Below, piece after piece: positions 12,379 to 24,369 of a stretch of 64,000 nucleotides of DNA (within the stretch, counting starts at the first letter, position 1; the number at the start of each line of letters is the position of its first letter). The notes beneath the pieces are model-generated. The model worked only from the letters and a program-made list of their open reading frames with translations. It did no database searches and was not told where the DNA came from. Position numbers and translations under genes: made by a program. This DNA comes from Novakomyces olei (lineage: Eukaryota). The DNA lies in assembly GCA_016906335.1 (NCBI GenBank), contig JADEYG010000015.1, positions 868,001 to 932,000 on the forward strand, in the 5' to 3' direction.

Positions 12379-13638
12379 CTAGTACTCTGTGCGCTGCAAC
12401 TTTACAGGTGACCAGTACTGCTTCAGGGCGGCACGGGCACTGCTCCGGAGCCCCCAGTTGCGGATAGGCCAGGTCGGGTAGCCCAAGTCATTATCCTTTG
12501 CCGGGTTTACGGTGACCTTGTGCTGCAGGAAAAGGGGCGGCACTACAGAGTAAGCATCGAGCCGGCCCGACACGGCCAAGTCGAGCATGGCCACGTCCAA
12601 TCGGTGGGGCAGGTTACGGTTCAGATGGTATAGTAAGCGACGCGCTCCACGCTGGGAAACGACGTACGCGTGAGAGCAGAGCGCGTTGTGAGCGCGTTGC
12701 AATATCCGTTCGTGGGCTGCGTGGGCGGGCAAGTAACGCGCAAACACGGACTCAGCCCACGCAAAATTCCGGCGGGGCACATTGTTCGCGTCCCCACCAA
12801 TCACGACCCAGTCATCGTCATCCCTTGGCTCCTCGTAGCACGTGCCCAGCCACAGGACATCCCACCCGTGTCCGTGGGCGGCGGCACTCTTATCCTCGAG
12901 CTTGTAGTTTAGCGTCGCGAGCACTCGGGGCACTATATTCTTCACCTCCGTATCCCAATCAACATCGTCCTCCAGCACAAGTGCCGTCGTAGTGCCCTCG
13001 TGCACGAGCCGCTGCCATACATTTGCATGTGCCCGAAAGACGCCGTACTCGGCCGGCTGCAGCTCTGAGGGGGCCGCTGCCGACGGCGACGGCTGCTGCC
13101 CAACGGCAGCTGCGGCCGGCAGCAGCTGCGGAGGCCGAGCAGCAGTGGGCACGTCTTCCACGCCCGGAACAAACGTCAAATCTAACTCGGAAAAGGCGGC
13201 GAGCAACTGCATCCGGTCGCGCCTGTCTGAGCGCCGTGGCAGATTTATAACGAATATCTCTCCAAAGTTCAGTGTCCTGTTGGCTGTGCCCTGTGTAATG
13301 CCCAAATCAAGCGCACGTGCCTCCCTCGCTTGCTCCTCCAATCGGCTCTCCTGCCGCGATCTTTGGCCCTCGTCTTGAACGTCTTTTTTACCCTCCCGTC
13401 CCTCGTCGTGCGTGGGCGGGTCGTTTGCTGGACCCGCGTTTGCCGCGGCAGCGGCAGAGTGTGGCGATCGGCGGTCGAGCGCCGAATTTACAAAACTCGG
13501 TGGGAACAGAACGAGCACGAATAATAACGCTACTACTGCTGCTGCTGCAGTAGCTATTATTCGCGCCTGCCGCGTTTGTGGGGCGGCTGTCTGAGCAAAG
13601 TCTGCCACTGGCAGACGCCTGCTTTTTCGTCTTTCCAT
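12379..13638 (-). CDS. Glycosyltransferase family 25 protein, type II membrane
   Basis: Intronless 419-aa ORF with an N-terminal TM helix; motifs FVINLPRRSDRR, HANVW, ALVLEDDVDW, WDVLWLG and HAYVVSQRGARRLL. Confidence 0.85.
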   Translation of the reverse strand: MERRKSRRLPVADFAQTAAPQTRQARIIATAAAAVVALLFVLVLFPPSFVNSALDRRSPHSAAAAANAGPANDPPTHDEGREGKKDVQDEGQRSRQESRLEEQAREARALDLGITQGTANRTLNFGEIFVINLPRRSDRRDRMQLLAAFSELDLTFVPGVEDVPTAARPPQLLPAAAAVGQQPSPSAAAPSELQPAEYGVFRAHANVWQRLVHEGTTTALVLEDDVDWDTEVKNIVPRVLATLNYKLEDKSAAAHGHGWDVLWLGTCYEEPRDDDDWVVIGGDANNVPRRNFAWAESVFARYLPAHAAHERILQRAHNALCSHAYVVSQRGARRLLYHLNRNLPHRLDVAMLDLAVSGRLDAYSVVPPLFLQHKVTVNPAKDNDLGYPTWPIRNWGLRSSARAALKQYWSPVKLQRTEY

Positions 13639-13699
13639 CGGTCGAGGCTGCCGTCAGGCACAGATTGGTAATTACTATTTCAAGCCGGCCTCTTGTATT

Positions 13700-13915
13700 T
13701 ATTTATTATATTGTATTATATTGTATTATATTGTATTATATTGTATTATATTGTATTATATTGTATTATATTGTATTATATTATATTATATTATTGTATT
13801 AAATTATATTATTGTATTATATTATATTATTGTATTATTGTATTATATTATATTGTATTGTATTGCTGTATTGTATTACCGTATTGCCGTATTACTGTTG
13901 TATTGTATTGTGCTG
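13700..13915. repeat. (TATTG/TATTA)n degenerate microsatellite
   Basis: Read directly, upstream of the GT25 start codon. Confidence 0.9.
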
Positions 13916-14090
13916 TTTAATATATTAATATAATTAATATTGATATTAATACACTCCTAGCGGACTTCGACTCTGCAATCAGACGATTTATTCATAATAT
14001 ACGGCCGAGCAATAGGATTAACATTCGACCCTGCAACTTGTAAAAAAATTACGCAAAAAAGTTACGCTCTCCAAATTCACTGCAAAAAAG

Positions 14091-14163
14091 CGATCACGAT
14101 GGGACTTGCACCCACATCCTTCGGTTCCGGAGACCGACATGATAACTATTTCACCACGTGACC
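14091..14163 (-). tRNA. tRNA-Arg(CCG) with atypical D and T loops
   Basis: Reverse complement folds as GGTCACG-TG-GTGA-AATAGTTA-TCAT-G-TCGGT-CTCCGGA-ACCGA-AGGAT-GTGGG-TGCAAGT-CCCAT-CGTGATC-G (73 nt); followed by a T6 Pol III terminator. Confidence 0.9.
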
Positions 14164-14859
14164 GGCACATTTATATCGACCATTTCTATCGAGCGAGTAC
14201 AGAATTGAGAAGTTCTTGACTTATATTACTGACATTGAATTTTATTATGTCCCTAACGTTCTAATCCTGATCCTGAGGCTCTCCTTACGCTAAACACGAT
14301 GAGGACAATTGTTACATTTGCTACACGACTACAATTGCGACGGATACGAAGCATACTATAACTTTTTTTTCATTATTTGTAAATTTATGGTAATCATCAT
14401 TACGCAAACCAGCGCACCACTGAACCCATCCTGTATTATACAAAATCACCAGCCCGGACGCCGAAACCAAAGAAAAAGAATTCCCACCCAACCATGCGTG
14501 CTAAACAAAAACCGAGTTATGAAGCGGATACAAAAATTGAATGCATGAAGTAGAGTCATACATTGCAACCCAGTGCCATGACCGAACCTGTTCATGACCG
14601 AGCAGCTAGTGCTAACGCCAGTGAGTACTAACGGCCAGTGAGTACTATACGCCAGTGAGTACTATACGCCAGTGAAGTACAATATAGCCACCAATACACA
14701 TTATATATTGGACTTGTGGCAAACACTGGAAGCACCAAAAGAAAACAAAAGTCTGCTACAAAGACGAACCCCACCAGTGTGACAAATATGTAACGTCGTT
14801 GCTGAAACAGAATCAATAGTGAAGAGGAGCTAAAATAGAGGTATGATGGTAATAAAAGA

Positions 14860-16434
14860 CTAGAGCTCGCGGTCAAAAAGCCCCTCGCGAGCATACGCTT
14901 CCCAGAGACGAGAAGCCTTATTAACGTCCACGCGGCAAACGCGCTGACAGTCCGTCTTGCGGAAAGTACGTCCCTGAGACGTGCGCAAATGCCACTCTGC
15001 AAAAATTCGTTTCTTAGAGTCGAGGTACATATCAACAGGCAGGCGAAGCACGCTTGCCAGATTCACTTCCGCAGGGTGAAGACGGGCCATCTGCTCAGGC
15101 GTAGAGGCAGCTGCTAAATCCAAAGGCGGACCTTTCCATTCCGCACGCAGCCCTTTAGCATGTGTAACACGGTCCAGCTCAGACCACGAGGGCGTGTAAT
15201 CCGGCAGCGCATCAAAAGGCAGCGAGGCTACATCAGACCCGTGAGCCGACTCTTTTACTCCACTACCTCCGCCCTGGTAATGATGGCTATGACTATAATG
15301 CTGCTGCTGCTGCTGCTGCTGCTGTCGAGCATGAGCAGCCTTGTCACGCCTGGCAGCTGACGCAGCTGTACGCTGATGGTGAGCAGCCTTTGGAGCAGGC
15401 GAAAAAGCGCTCGAGGACTCGTACTGCTCATATATAGACGCCGGCGGAGCACGAGTACGTGTCGGCCGCTGCTCAGCAGCCAAAGACTGTGCGAGCTCAT
15501 AGTCGTCCAGCACAGACCCGCGTGTGGCAAACGTCATATTCCTATTTCCATTCCCATTCATATTTCCATTCACATTTCCATTCCCATATGACCGTTGACG
15601 AGGAGCCCGAACAGAGCGGTGCACTTGTTTGGCACTCTGTTTCTTGTGCGCACCAGACACAGCGGCGTCCAGTCTGTCCATAAACAACAGCTCCATACGA
15701 AAAGTGCCCACCGGGTCGAGACGGTAGCGCAGGACTGCAGCGTCTGTAAACACGGGCCCCACCATTTTGTCCTGCTTGAACGAGTCTGCTGTCGGCAGAT
15801 CTCCGCTCTCCTCGGGCGAGAAGAGAGGACCGTCTGCCGCAGCGGCCTCGTCGAGGCCGGCAGGCTTGACGCCATTAGCAGTGTAGCCGGCTGCGTGCGG
15901 GTACAGCAGCTCGTCGGCATTATTATGGCCCTCTGTTGCAATGGGAGAATGGTGGATCTGGTGTACGGCCGCCGTTGTGTCTGCCTGTTTCTGTGCAAGC
16001 GGCGACGGCGGCGGCGAGAGCAGATTAGACCCGAGCTTGTTGGGTGCCGTTTTATCCAGTAAAGACGACGAAGACGTCTCTGCCATTCTGCCCCGCTTTC
16101 GGCCAAGAGCGACGTCATGGGACGAGTGCCGGTGAGCGTGAGTATTAGTGAATGCCGAGGCTATTGTCCGCTGTCCGTGCGAGGAGACAGATACGTCGGG
16201 CGATAATGTGGCGGCCAAAGGCCGCTTGTGGCCAGCTGCTGCTGCTGCCAAGGCGCTTGTTCCAGAATAGTCTCCTCTTTCACGTGCCATCGGCGACAAT
16301 CGGCCCATTGCTGAAGGCACAGGCGTCTGTGGTATAGCTGACTCTGCTCGTGAGGCTGCTTTTGCTGCCTCACGCGCAAAAGGCGGACCGGGAAAGGCCG
16401 CTAGCGAGTCTTGCGGCGGTGAAAATAGACTCAT
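14860..16434 (-). CDS. SWIRM-domain protein (Fun19/Yor338w/Laf-like chromatin factor)
   Basis: 524 aa with a low-complexity N-terminus and a C-terminal SWIRM domain: LHPAEVNLASVLRLPVDMYLDSKKRIF...FRKTDCQRVCRVDVNKASRLW. Confidence 0.88.
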   Translation of the reverse strand: MSLFSPPQDSLAAFPGPPFAREAAKAASRAESAIPQTPVPSAMGRLSPMARERGDYSGTSALAAAAAGHKRPLAATLSPDVSVSSHGQRTIASAFTNTHAHRHSSHDVALGRKRGRMAETSSSSLLDKTAPNKLGSNLLSPPPSPLAQKQADTTAAVHQIHHSPIATEGHNNADELLYPHAAGYTANGVKPAGLDEAAAADGPLFSPEESGDLPTADSFKQDKMVGPVFTDAAVLRYRLDPVGTFRMELLFMDRLDAAVSGAHKKQSAKQVHRSVRAPRQRSYGNGNVNGNMNGNGNRNMTFATRGSVLDDYELAQSLAAEQRPTRTRAPPASIYEQYESSSAFSPAPKAAHHQRTAASAARRDKAAHARQQQQQQQQHYSHSHHYQGGGSGVKESAHGSDVASLPFDALPDYTPSWSELDRVTHAKGLRAEWKGPPLDLAAASTPEQMARLHPAEVNLASVLRLPVDMYLDSKKRIFAEWHLRTSQGRTFRKTDCQRVCRVDVNKASRLWEAYAREGLFDREL

Positions 16435-17076
16435 TGGTCAAAGTTTGATCGTGTCCTTAACAATGGGAGGAGAGCGAGTATTTATACGATTATCATAAAT
16501 GCTGACACATGCGAGAATGGGAGCGTTACGCAATGACTGTATTATAAATGCGATGGACTTGTTTATATATGTATCAAAGTTAAGTGTATTACAAATACAA
16601 ATGTATATTATATAGCAGGAGCAGGTGCGTCTATACAATAAATACGTCTATAGTACAAATGCGTCTATGCCATAAATGCGTATATACTACAAATGCGTCT
16701 ATACTACAATGACATGCAGCGCGTCATACGTACATAATACCGATTATGCGCTTTAAATATACGTGCCATAGCATTACTTGTGGATAATATGTATTCGAGC
16801 AAGTTCTCGCCTGTTCGATTCTTTTATCATTTCCAGATCTATCCAGCCCGTGACATCATATCGTGCCTGTCACCCATTGTCGGTCCGAATCCAGCACGAT
16901 GTATTACTTTGACCATTGGTACCTCGGCCGTGCGTAATGATAATATGTCATTATGCATACAATGTTTTGCGCGAATACAGCCACAGACGGACATTTAGGA
17001 CCGTTTTGGGACCGTTTTGGGACAGTTGTACATTGACATGATAAGCTGCCATTGCACTTTGAATATTCTATTACAG

Positions 17077-17128
<52 letters not shown>
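17077..17128. repeat. (AATC)n microsatellite
   Basis: About 13 copies, read directly. Confidence 0.9.
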
Positions 17129-17129
<1 letters not shown>

Positions 17130-17301
17130 CAAATTAAAAGATGCACCAACTCCAATGTCAAAGTTAAACATAATTCAATGCCAACCCAATGCAAACGCGC
17201 CTAGCTGCTCTTGTAACACTCTTCTTCTCGTACGCACAATCGTTGATAGAGTATTCTTTCAGCACTGTATAGCACACCTCAGCTGCCCAGATAAACATGT
17301 A

Positions 17302-18993
17302 TTACCCTCTAAAATCAAAAACTGTGGCGACGCGTGTATCAGCTAGTTTTGGTGTCGGGACGATAACTCGTGCCCCGTCAAACGCCAAGGGCAGTCTAAA
17401 CCCGTCATCGTTATTATCGTGAACTATATCATGATCTCCAAGCTGAGGCAAAGGCACACGAGTGCCTTTGCCCATCCCAGCGTGCCATATACGCAGCTCT
17501 TTGCGCGCTAGAGCGACAACAGTACCAGCTGCATCCACACCGGCTACTTGAACTCCCGAGGTGGCACCCCACAGGACCTGTGCTTTGCCAAGTCCCCCCT
17601 CGTCTTGGTCGAGCAGCTTGTGTACAACAACCCTGTTGTCCGCGTGTCCGGTGACCAGGTAAGGTTCCGAAATTGCAATGCAATTGAGAAACTTCATTGC
17701 ATATTGCTGTTGTTGCTGCCTTAATAGCAAAGAAGCATCAAGAGGGAAAACTTCTTTGTCAAACTGCGCTTGCTGGCAGGTTCGCACTCCACGAGCGGGA
17801 ACAATCCGCCCGTCTCCACGCACTATCCATTCCTGTACACAAAGAGCGTCGCCTAAACTTAGACGAGGCTCCATAAATGCTAGTGATACTACACTATTTT
17901 CATTGGATATTACTGTCTTTTCCTTGCCGTCAGTTTGCCTGTCTTGGTCGTGTATCGCCGTCTTGTTTCTCGGTTTGAGCGCGTCCTTATACGTGTCGTC
18001 TAGATTGTTACTGCTAACGCTAGCCGAACATTTCCGAGACTTGGCCCCAAGCACGGGCCTTTTCGGCTCCGCTTTACCCTTAAAATCTTCTAAACTCTCA
18101 ACTTCATGCGGCACGCTCAATGGCTCTAATCCAGATTGTCGTCGGACAGACAACGCAAACGGTCCGGCTGCCATGGCATGCCCTTGCATGCAATCCAGTA
18201 GCCGCACACCGTCTTTATACAGCTCATAAAACCGGAGGCTATTGCCCCTTGTTTGAGCGACTGCGTGAGGAAAACATACAGCCAGCTGTGCTACTTTATT
18301 TGCTGCATCTACAGTGGAGGCAGAGCCAGCAAAAAGGCTCTGCAGACTCACCTTTTTATCCTCCAGCACGTACCACGCCAATCCACCATCACCAAATCCG
18401 ACAACTACATCGTACACAGGGCTGCACGGTCGAGCGGATACGGCCAGCGCGGTAGCTGTAGCGGGAAGCCGCGATTCAACGACGCTCTCACTTTCACTCT
18501 CACCACACTCTGTCTCTTCAACACGAGCCTGTAATACTGATCCACAAGCGCACACGAGAACGTGTCCGGCTACACGCATCAGCGGTCGAGCGCCTTCTTC
18601 AAGGTACGGCCAGTCCAGTGCTTTTACACGGCAATAGCCTCGCAGCCAATTGTAACGTGTATGATATTGCCTTCTCCAGTCGCATTTCCGCCGGCCAAAA
18701 GGGCTTCTGCTCCACTCGCGGAAGCTATGTCCTTCGCTTCCCTCCACAAACTGTTTATGGTAGAGTCGCCGCCAAACCTGTTGTCAGTACATTTCTCTCT
18801 GTTCTCGTTGCACACTTACACTAGCATCAGACACCAGATTACGCCAGCGCCTGTTGACCGCATAACAAACTCGTACATCCAAATCATCCAGATGCTGGAA
18901 GACTTGGATCATAATTTCAGAGCTTAACTTGATTGCTGGATCAGAGGCTGACGGGTCTCGGCGCTGCCGCTTACGCGGCCGTCCGTCGCTCAT
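17302..18993 (-). CDS. F-box protein with a degenerate beta-propeller-like C-terminus
   Basis: F-box LSSEIMIQVFQHLD...VNRRWRNLVSDAS; a short GTAAGT...TACTGACAACAG intron (~18778-18819) joins it to VWRRLY...DWRRQYHTRYNWLRG. Confidence 0.75.
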
Positions 18994-19240
18994 ACCGCCA
19001 GTGGAGTTGTAAAATCACAGCTAATTATAATATTAATTAATATTATTATAAAATTAAATATTATTGTATTAATATTAAATATAAATATTAATCAAGTAGA
19101 GCTAGGGTTAGTTAGGGTTATTTGCAGTAGTAATACACAGGGTTAACTAAATCAATACAGCATAATATCATATCAAGTACTGTCTATATCCGACCATTTA
19201 GTGGTAAAAAAAACTATTCCTACAGCGATACCGGTCCACA

Positions 19241-19579
19241 ATGCTGGTGCGGTATCTAACCAGCATCCGCGTCAGCGGGCTAAACCCGTTTGAACGAAGC
19301 GCAAAATCGACGCGGCTTTTATTATCGCTCGTTCAGACGGCGGAAGCGCGGAACGAATCTCGTACGCGTGTAGTTATAGCGACAGTTCCACGAACAGTCA
19401 AATCTCAGCCGACCGTTGAAGTGACTTATAGTAAGCTATTGCAGTTCGAAGAAATGGCTTATATTCCAGAGGATGGACAAACAAAAAAGTTTGAGGCAGG
19501 TCCAATGACTATCAAACAACTGACTGCCGAAATTGATCGGCACTCGCGCGAGCTCAGAATCAAGGATGCTCTATCATGA
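19241..19579 (+). CDS. MRPL44: Mitochondrial large ribosomal subunit protein mL53
   Basis: NPFERSAKSTRLLLS, PTVEVTY|KDG after removing a 39-nt intron (19431-19469), and IDRHSRELRIKD. Confidence 0.8.
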   Translation: MLVRYLTSIRVSGLNPFERSAKSTRLLLSLVQTAEARNESRTRVVIATVPRTVKSQPTVEVTYSKLLQFEEMAYIPEDGQTKKFEAGPMTIKQLTAEIDRHSRELRIKDALS

Positions 19580-19706
19580 ATAAAAAAAGAAGCTTTTGTG
19601 TTTTGGCGATTCTCATTACTATTGGTTAATATGTATACACTTCGTTTTCAGAGATTGAAGCAAAAACTCAATTCATGCATGTTGAAACGTGCAATTTCAT
19701 GTATCA

Positions 19707-20718
19707 CTAATACTCGTAAAATCCTCTTCCAGATTTGCGTCCCAGCCAGCCGGCATCGACGTACCGCCGAAGCAGATCGGCAGGTTCTTCCCCAATCTCG
19801 AGGCAGATAAACAGGCACGTATCAATCCCAATCAAGTCGGCAAGCGCCAGTGGTCCCATTGGCATATTACAGCCATTGCGCATAATGTTGTCTATAGATT
19901 CACGGTCGCCAACACCCTGCTGCAATAGCACTACTGCATGGTTTATATATGGGAGAAGAAGTTTGTTGGCAATAAACCCTGGCCTATCTTCGCTCACACT
20001 CGCAAACTTTTCCATTCGCTTCGCCAGTTCGTGGGCCCGCTCTACCGTAGCAGACGACGTCTGCAACCCGGAGACGATCTCGACTCCTTTCATGACAGGA
20101 ACGGGATTGAACATGTGAAACCCTACAACACGATCTTCCGCACCTTTAGCTGCGGCCGCCAGCTTTGTTATACTAATAGAAGAAGTATTCGAAGCCAGCA
20201 CTGTGTCTGGTCCACTTAGAGCCGGTAATTGCTTGAATATAGCCTCTTTTGCACTCGCTACCTCCGGAATTGCCTCCACAAAAAAGTCTGCATCTTTCAA
20301 GCCCTTTGCTAGTGACGGATAGTATGTTAAGCGCGACCGAGCTTCTTCGACGGTTTTGCTGTCGAGGCCACGCTTGACCTCTTTAGCAAACAGTTTTTCT
20401 GGCGGTTAGAGTTTTCAGATAATTCCCAATACTTGTATAATCCACTTTATTAATTTTAAATAAAGCAATTAAAGCAATTACCAACTAGCGCCCTGCCGCG
20501 ATTGACAGCTGCCTCTTCCGGCTCCACGATACTCACATCCAGCCCGGCTCGTAGTGCCGCAACGTAGGCAATACCAGTACCCATCTTCTCTTAGCAAAGC
20601 CAATTGAACGCTTACTTACCTGGCCTCCACCGCATACACAGAGCCGCCGAAGCCCAGCATCAATGCCTTTTAGGCACACACTACGCGCTGCAAAGAGGCA
20701 AGCCTGTGAAGATCGCAT
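19707..20718 (-). CDS. 3-hydroxybutyryl/3-hydroxyacyl-CoA dehydrogenase, probably mitochondrial
   Basis: GGGQ|MGTGIA Rossmann motif across intron 20619-20585; VEAIPE, LASNTSSISIT, HMFNPVPVM, PGFIANKLL, PMGPLALAD and GRKSGRGFY. Confidence 0.9.
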
Positions 20719-20877
20719 GCCGAGAGTCTCAATGTGGGGAAGGATGAGCGAGTACCGAGCTATGTGGTATTAATTAATTTTATCTATATTCATTCTAGGA
20801 TTAGGGTTAATATTTTTTGTTCAACCATAATTTTGTCACAAGACTGTTGAACAAAAGAGCGGCGCGATGCAAAGGTA

Positions 20878-21674
20878 ATGCGGCCTCTAATGCCAGCGGC
20901 TCAATCAGCAGTGACACAGGAGGCGGAGCACGTGCACGCAGTCTACAATGCAATAGCTGATCATTTTTCAGACACGCGTTATAAGGTATGGGCTAAATGA
21001 GCACTGTACATTAATTAATCCAACAGCCATGGCCAGTAGTGGAAAAGTTCCTGGCGGGCCTGGCGCCGGGAAGCGTAGGGTTTGATGCTGGATGTGGCAA
21101 TGGCAAATATCTTGGCGTGAATAGCAACGTCTTTATCGTTGGCTCTGATAGGTATGAGCGGAAACTTCGTGGAGTAATATAATTATTCCCATCCTCAACT
21201 GGCGTCCGTTTATTAATAATTAGGAGCGAAAAGTTAATTGAAATAGCCGCTTCACGCGGTCACGATGCGGTGGTTTCAGATGCGCTATTGCTGCCTCATC
21301 CGCGAAGGCGCTTCGACTTTGCGCTATCGATAGCCGTTATACACCATTTTGCTGACGAATCGAGACGTGTGGACGCGATACGCGAATGTCTCGAATGTCT
21401 CTGTGACAATGGCCGTCTATTAGTATTTGTTTGGGCATTGGAACAGCCACGGTCAAGGCGAGGCTGGCATGCCGATCAGACGGAACAGGATGTAATGGTG
21501 CCGTGGGTAAGGCGTGCACAGCAAGAGACTCCTACACAAACGTACTACCGATATTACCATCTTTTTCGTGCTGGCGAACTGGAAACGTGTATTCGCTCCG
21601 CTGGTGGGATTGTCGAGCTTGATGGTTACGATCGAGATAATTGGTGGTGCATTGCCCGGCCTCTGCGTGACTGA
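20878..21674 (+). CDS. TRM9: tRNA wobble-uridine carboxymethyl methyltransferase
   Basis: EAEHVHAVYNAIADHFSDTRYK|PWPVV, DAGCGNGKYL, SIAVIHHF and YYRYYHLFRAGEL; 2 introns; start is 20878 or 20890. Confidence 0.9.
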
Positions 21675-22397
21675 TATTGTGTGTATATTTAATAGAGGAA
21701 TTGCTCGGACTCGTATGTATTGGTCAAATGCGGTTCATTTAGCCGCACAAAAATATGGCGGCGCTCAACCTCGTCAGCTTGATAGGTGCCTGCTGTACAG
21801 AAATAGCAGGAAATTGTACGAAATCCTTGAACATTAAAAAGCTAACAGAAGGGTATAATGTTGTCATTTGTGTTCTTGCATCGAAATAATATGTCATTTA
21901 TTTTTGAAATAGTCCTGCTGTTCATAGCTGCCTATGGCCTTGGCTTCGGCAAGTATGCTGCTTCTTTTCCAAGTTCACAATGCAATGTTTAGCCTGTTTG
22001 AGGTTTTGTTTTGCTCTTTTCTGTCTTATGGTAAACATGTTTGGCATTGTCGACCACTTTCTAGTTATCAATTAAATAAATATCAATTAATAAATATCAA
22101 TTAATTTATATCAATTATTAAATATCAATTATTAAATATATATGGGTCTACTATCTCGTGCTCAAAACACATGTGAAGATTTAATGTATGAACGATTAAC
22201 GTATGAAGATTGGTATCTATCTGCACATTCGTATATAAATTTTTCAACCGCGACTTCTTCGCGTTCTGTGCTGAGCACAGACGCGGTGCCGCCTATTACC
22301 TTAGAAGGCGCGCGTTCGCGCTGCCTTTGTCCGAGATACTTTTATTTGTTCGATTTCACTCGTTTTTTTTATTTAATTGTTTTATCGAACCGCTGCG

Positions 22398-24259
22398 ATG
22401 GATGCAGCTGGTCTTTTGTCAGCCCGGGTTTCACTGGATGATTTATTACGGAATCCCCTCGAGTTTAAACGGGCTTCTGCGAATGTAAGCAGTGACACAA
22501 CTTCTGCTTTGCAAATGTCAGGGCACAATATTATAATCTTGGGCGAAAAGGCTGGTCAGTTACGGAAACGAGATCATAGTGAGAGCGATAGTGAAGGTCG
22601 AAATAGAAATGAAAATAGTTCGGGAAGTCTCAGCAAAGATCAATCAAAGGACCACGGAAATGAAGATTTCAAAGACGAAGCTGAATCTGAGGACGATCTG
22701 CCTGTACCAAAACGCGTACTTGTCCCCCAGAGTTCCGTATCTTCGCGTTGGCAGGATATTATACCCCCACCAGCTGGTCTGATGAACCTGGGCAACACGT
22801 GCTTTATGAGCTCTGTTTTACAGCTGCTTTTAAACAGTGCGCCATTGACGCGCTTCTTACAGTCAGCACAACACAGTGGCGAATGCCGTATGCATGCGTG
22901 TACTTTATGCTGTATGGAAGAGTTGGTGGGCAAGGCTTTCAACAAAAGTGGCGGCAGATCTGCTCGGGCTTTACGTCCTACGGCAATGCTGTCTCTTTTA
23001 CCCAAAATAAATCGCAGTTTTCGGCTTTATCGTCAGGAAGATGCCCACGAGTTTTTGCGGTCGCTCTTAGACTCGTTTCAAAATGCTTTGCTGCAAACTA
23101 AGGAATTACGATCACTAGATCATTCCTCGAAGGAGACTTCGCTTATTTACCGGATATTTGGCGGTTACCTGCGCCAACAAGTTCGATGTTTGGAGTGTCA
23201 GTATTGTAGCAATACTTACCAGACTTTCCTCGATCTCTCCCTTGACGCAGAGTATTCGTCATTGCAAAAGGCCTTAGCCTCTTTTTGCCGGCCCGAAATT
23301 TTACGTGGCGGCAACCAGTATCGCTGCGACAAGTAAGCTGTATTTGTCTTACCTTTCCATGGCTTAGTTTTGAGGGTCAAGTCAATTATCTTTACTCTTT
23401 ATTGCTGCTCAATGTGCCACATCATATCTTGAATCTTTTTTGCTTTTTATTTCTAGCGCCGTGTTTTATCGTTAATTCCGCGAATAAATAGTTATTTTAT
23501 CATTTTCTAACTATTAGGTGCCGACACAATGTCGATGCGGAAAAGCATGTGGCCATTTACCAATCGCCGCCTTTATTGACCATCCATTTTAACCGCTTCG
23601 CATTTTCTGGCTCAGCTGCCAGACTGACAAAAGTTACAAAGCGCATTGAATACCCTGAACTGCTTGATATTACGCCTTATTGTGCAAGTTCTGAAAGCAG
23701 GTCTAACGGTCAGAGCACAAAAAGGCGTCGGAAGACGTTTGACAGAGGTCCCAGGTTGTACAAGCTTACTGGTGTATTAGTACATTCTGGATCAAGTACG
23801 CGTAGTGGTCATTACTACTGCTATGTACGTGCGTCAAACAATATGTGGTATTCTTACGATGATGACCTTGTATCTTCTGCAAAGCTTCGTCACGTCCTGG
23901 CGCAACAGGCGTACATCCTACTTTACTCTGCTGCGGAAGATTCCCCTGCAGAGACAGAGTCAGCCAGGCAAGTCAATGGATCGCAAAAGACGGGTGTAAA
24001 GTTTAATGCCGAGACAAACAAATTGCAGTCTGTTAAAAGGATGGGCAATGAATCTGGGTCAGAACAGGACCGCGAGCGACTTTCGGCACATTCGCCATTT
24101 TCAGTACAGAAACCCGATATTACACGACCACCTAAACCTGTGCCTGAACTACAGCAATCGTCTTCTTCGTCCTTATTACTGCCAAAGGCGGGTCGTAACG
24201 GATCAAGGGACAAACGGGTATTTCGTATGAAGAACCGAACAGGTAGAGGCCACTTTTAA
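22398..24259 (+). CDS. Ubiquitin-specific protease (USP36/USP42 / S. pombe Ubp16-like)
   Basis: Cys box GLMNLGNTCFMSSVLQ, QEDAHEFL and His box VLVHSGSSTRSGHYY; one intron ~23333-23518. Confidence 0.9.
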
Positions 24260-24369
24260 CTCCCGTATCAAGGCCAAAATGTACATATATCAACTAATGA
24301 AACGATACTAATACAAGAAAGCTGTTCATCTATGAGGTTTTTACACATCTACAGTAGCTTGGACGATAG

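Noticed and set aside
9908-13638. Downstream genes as part of an NRPS biosynthetic cluster
   Set aside because: CTNNBL1 and a GT25 glycosyltransferase have no known role in ferrichrome synthesis.
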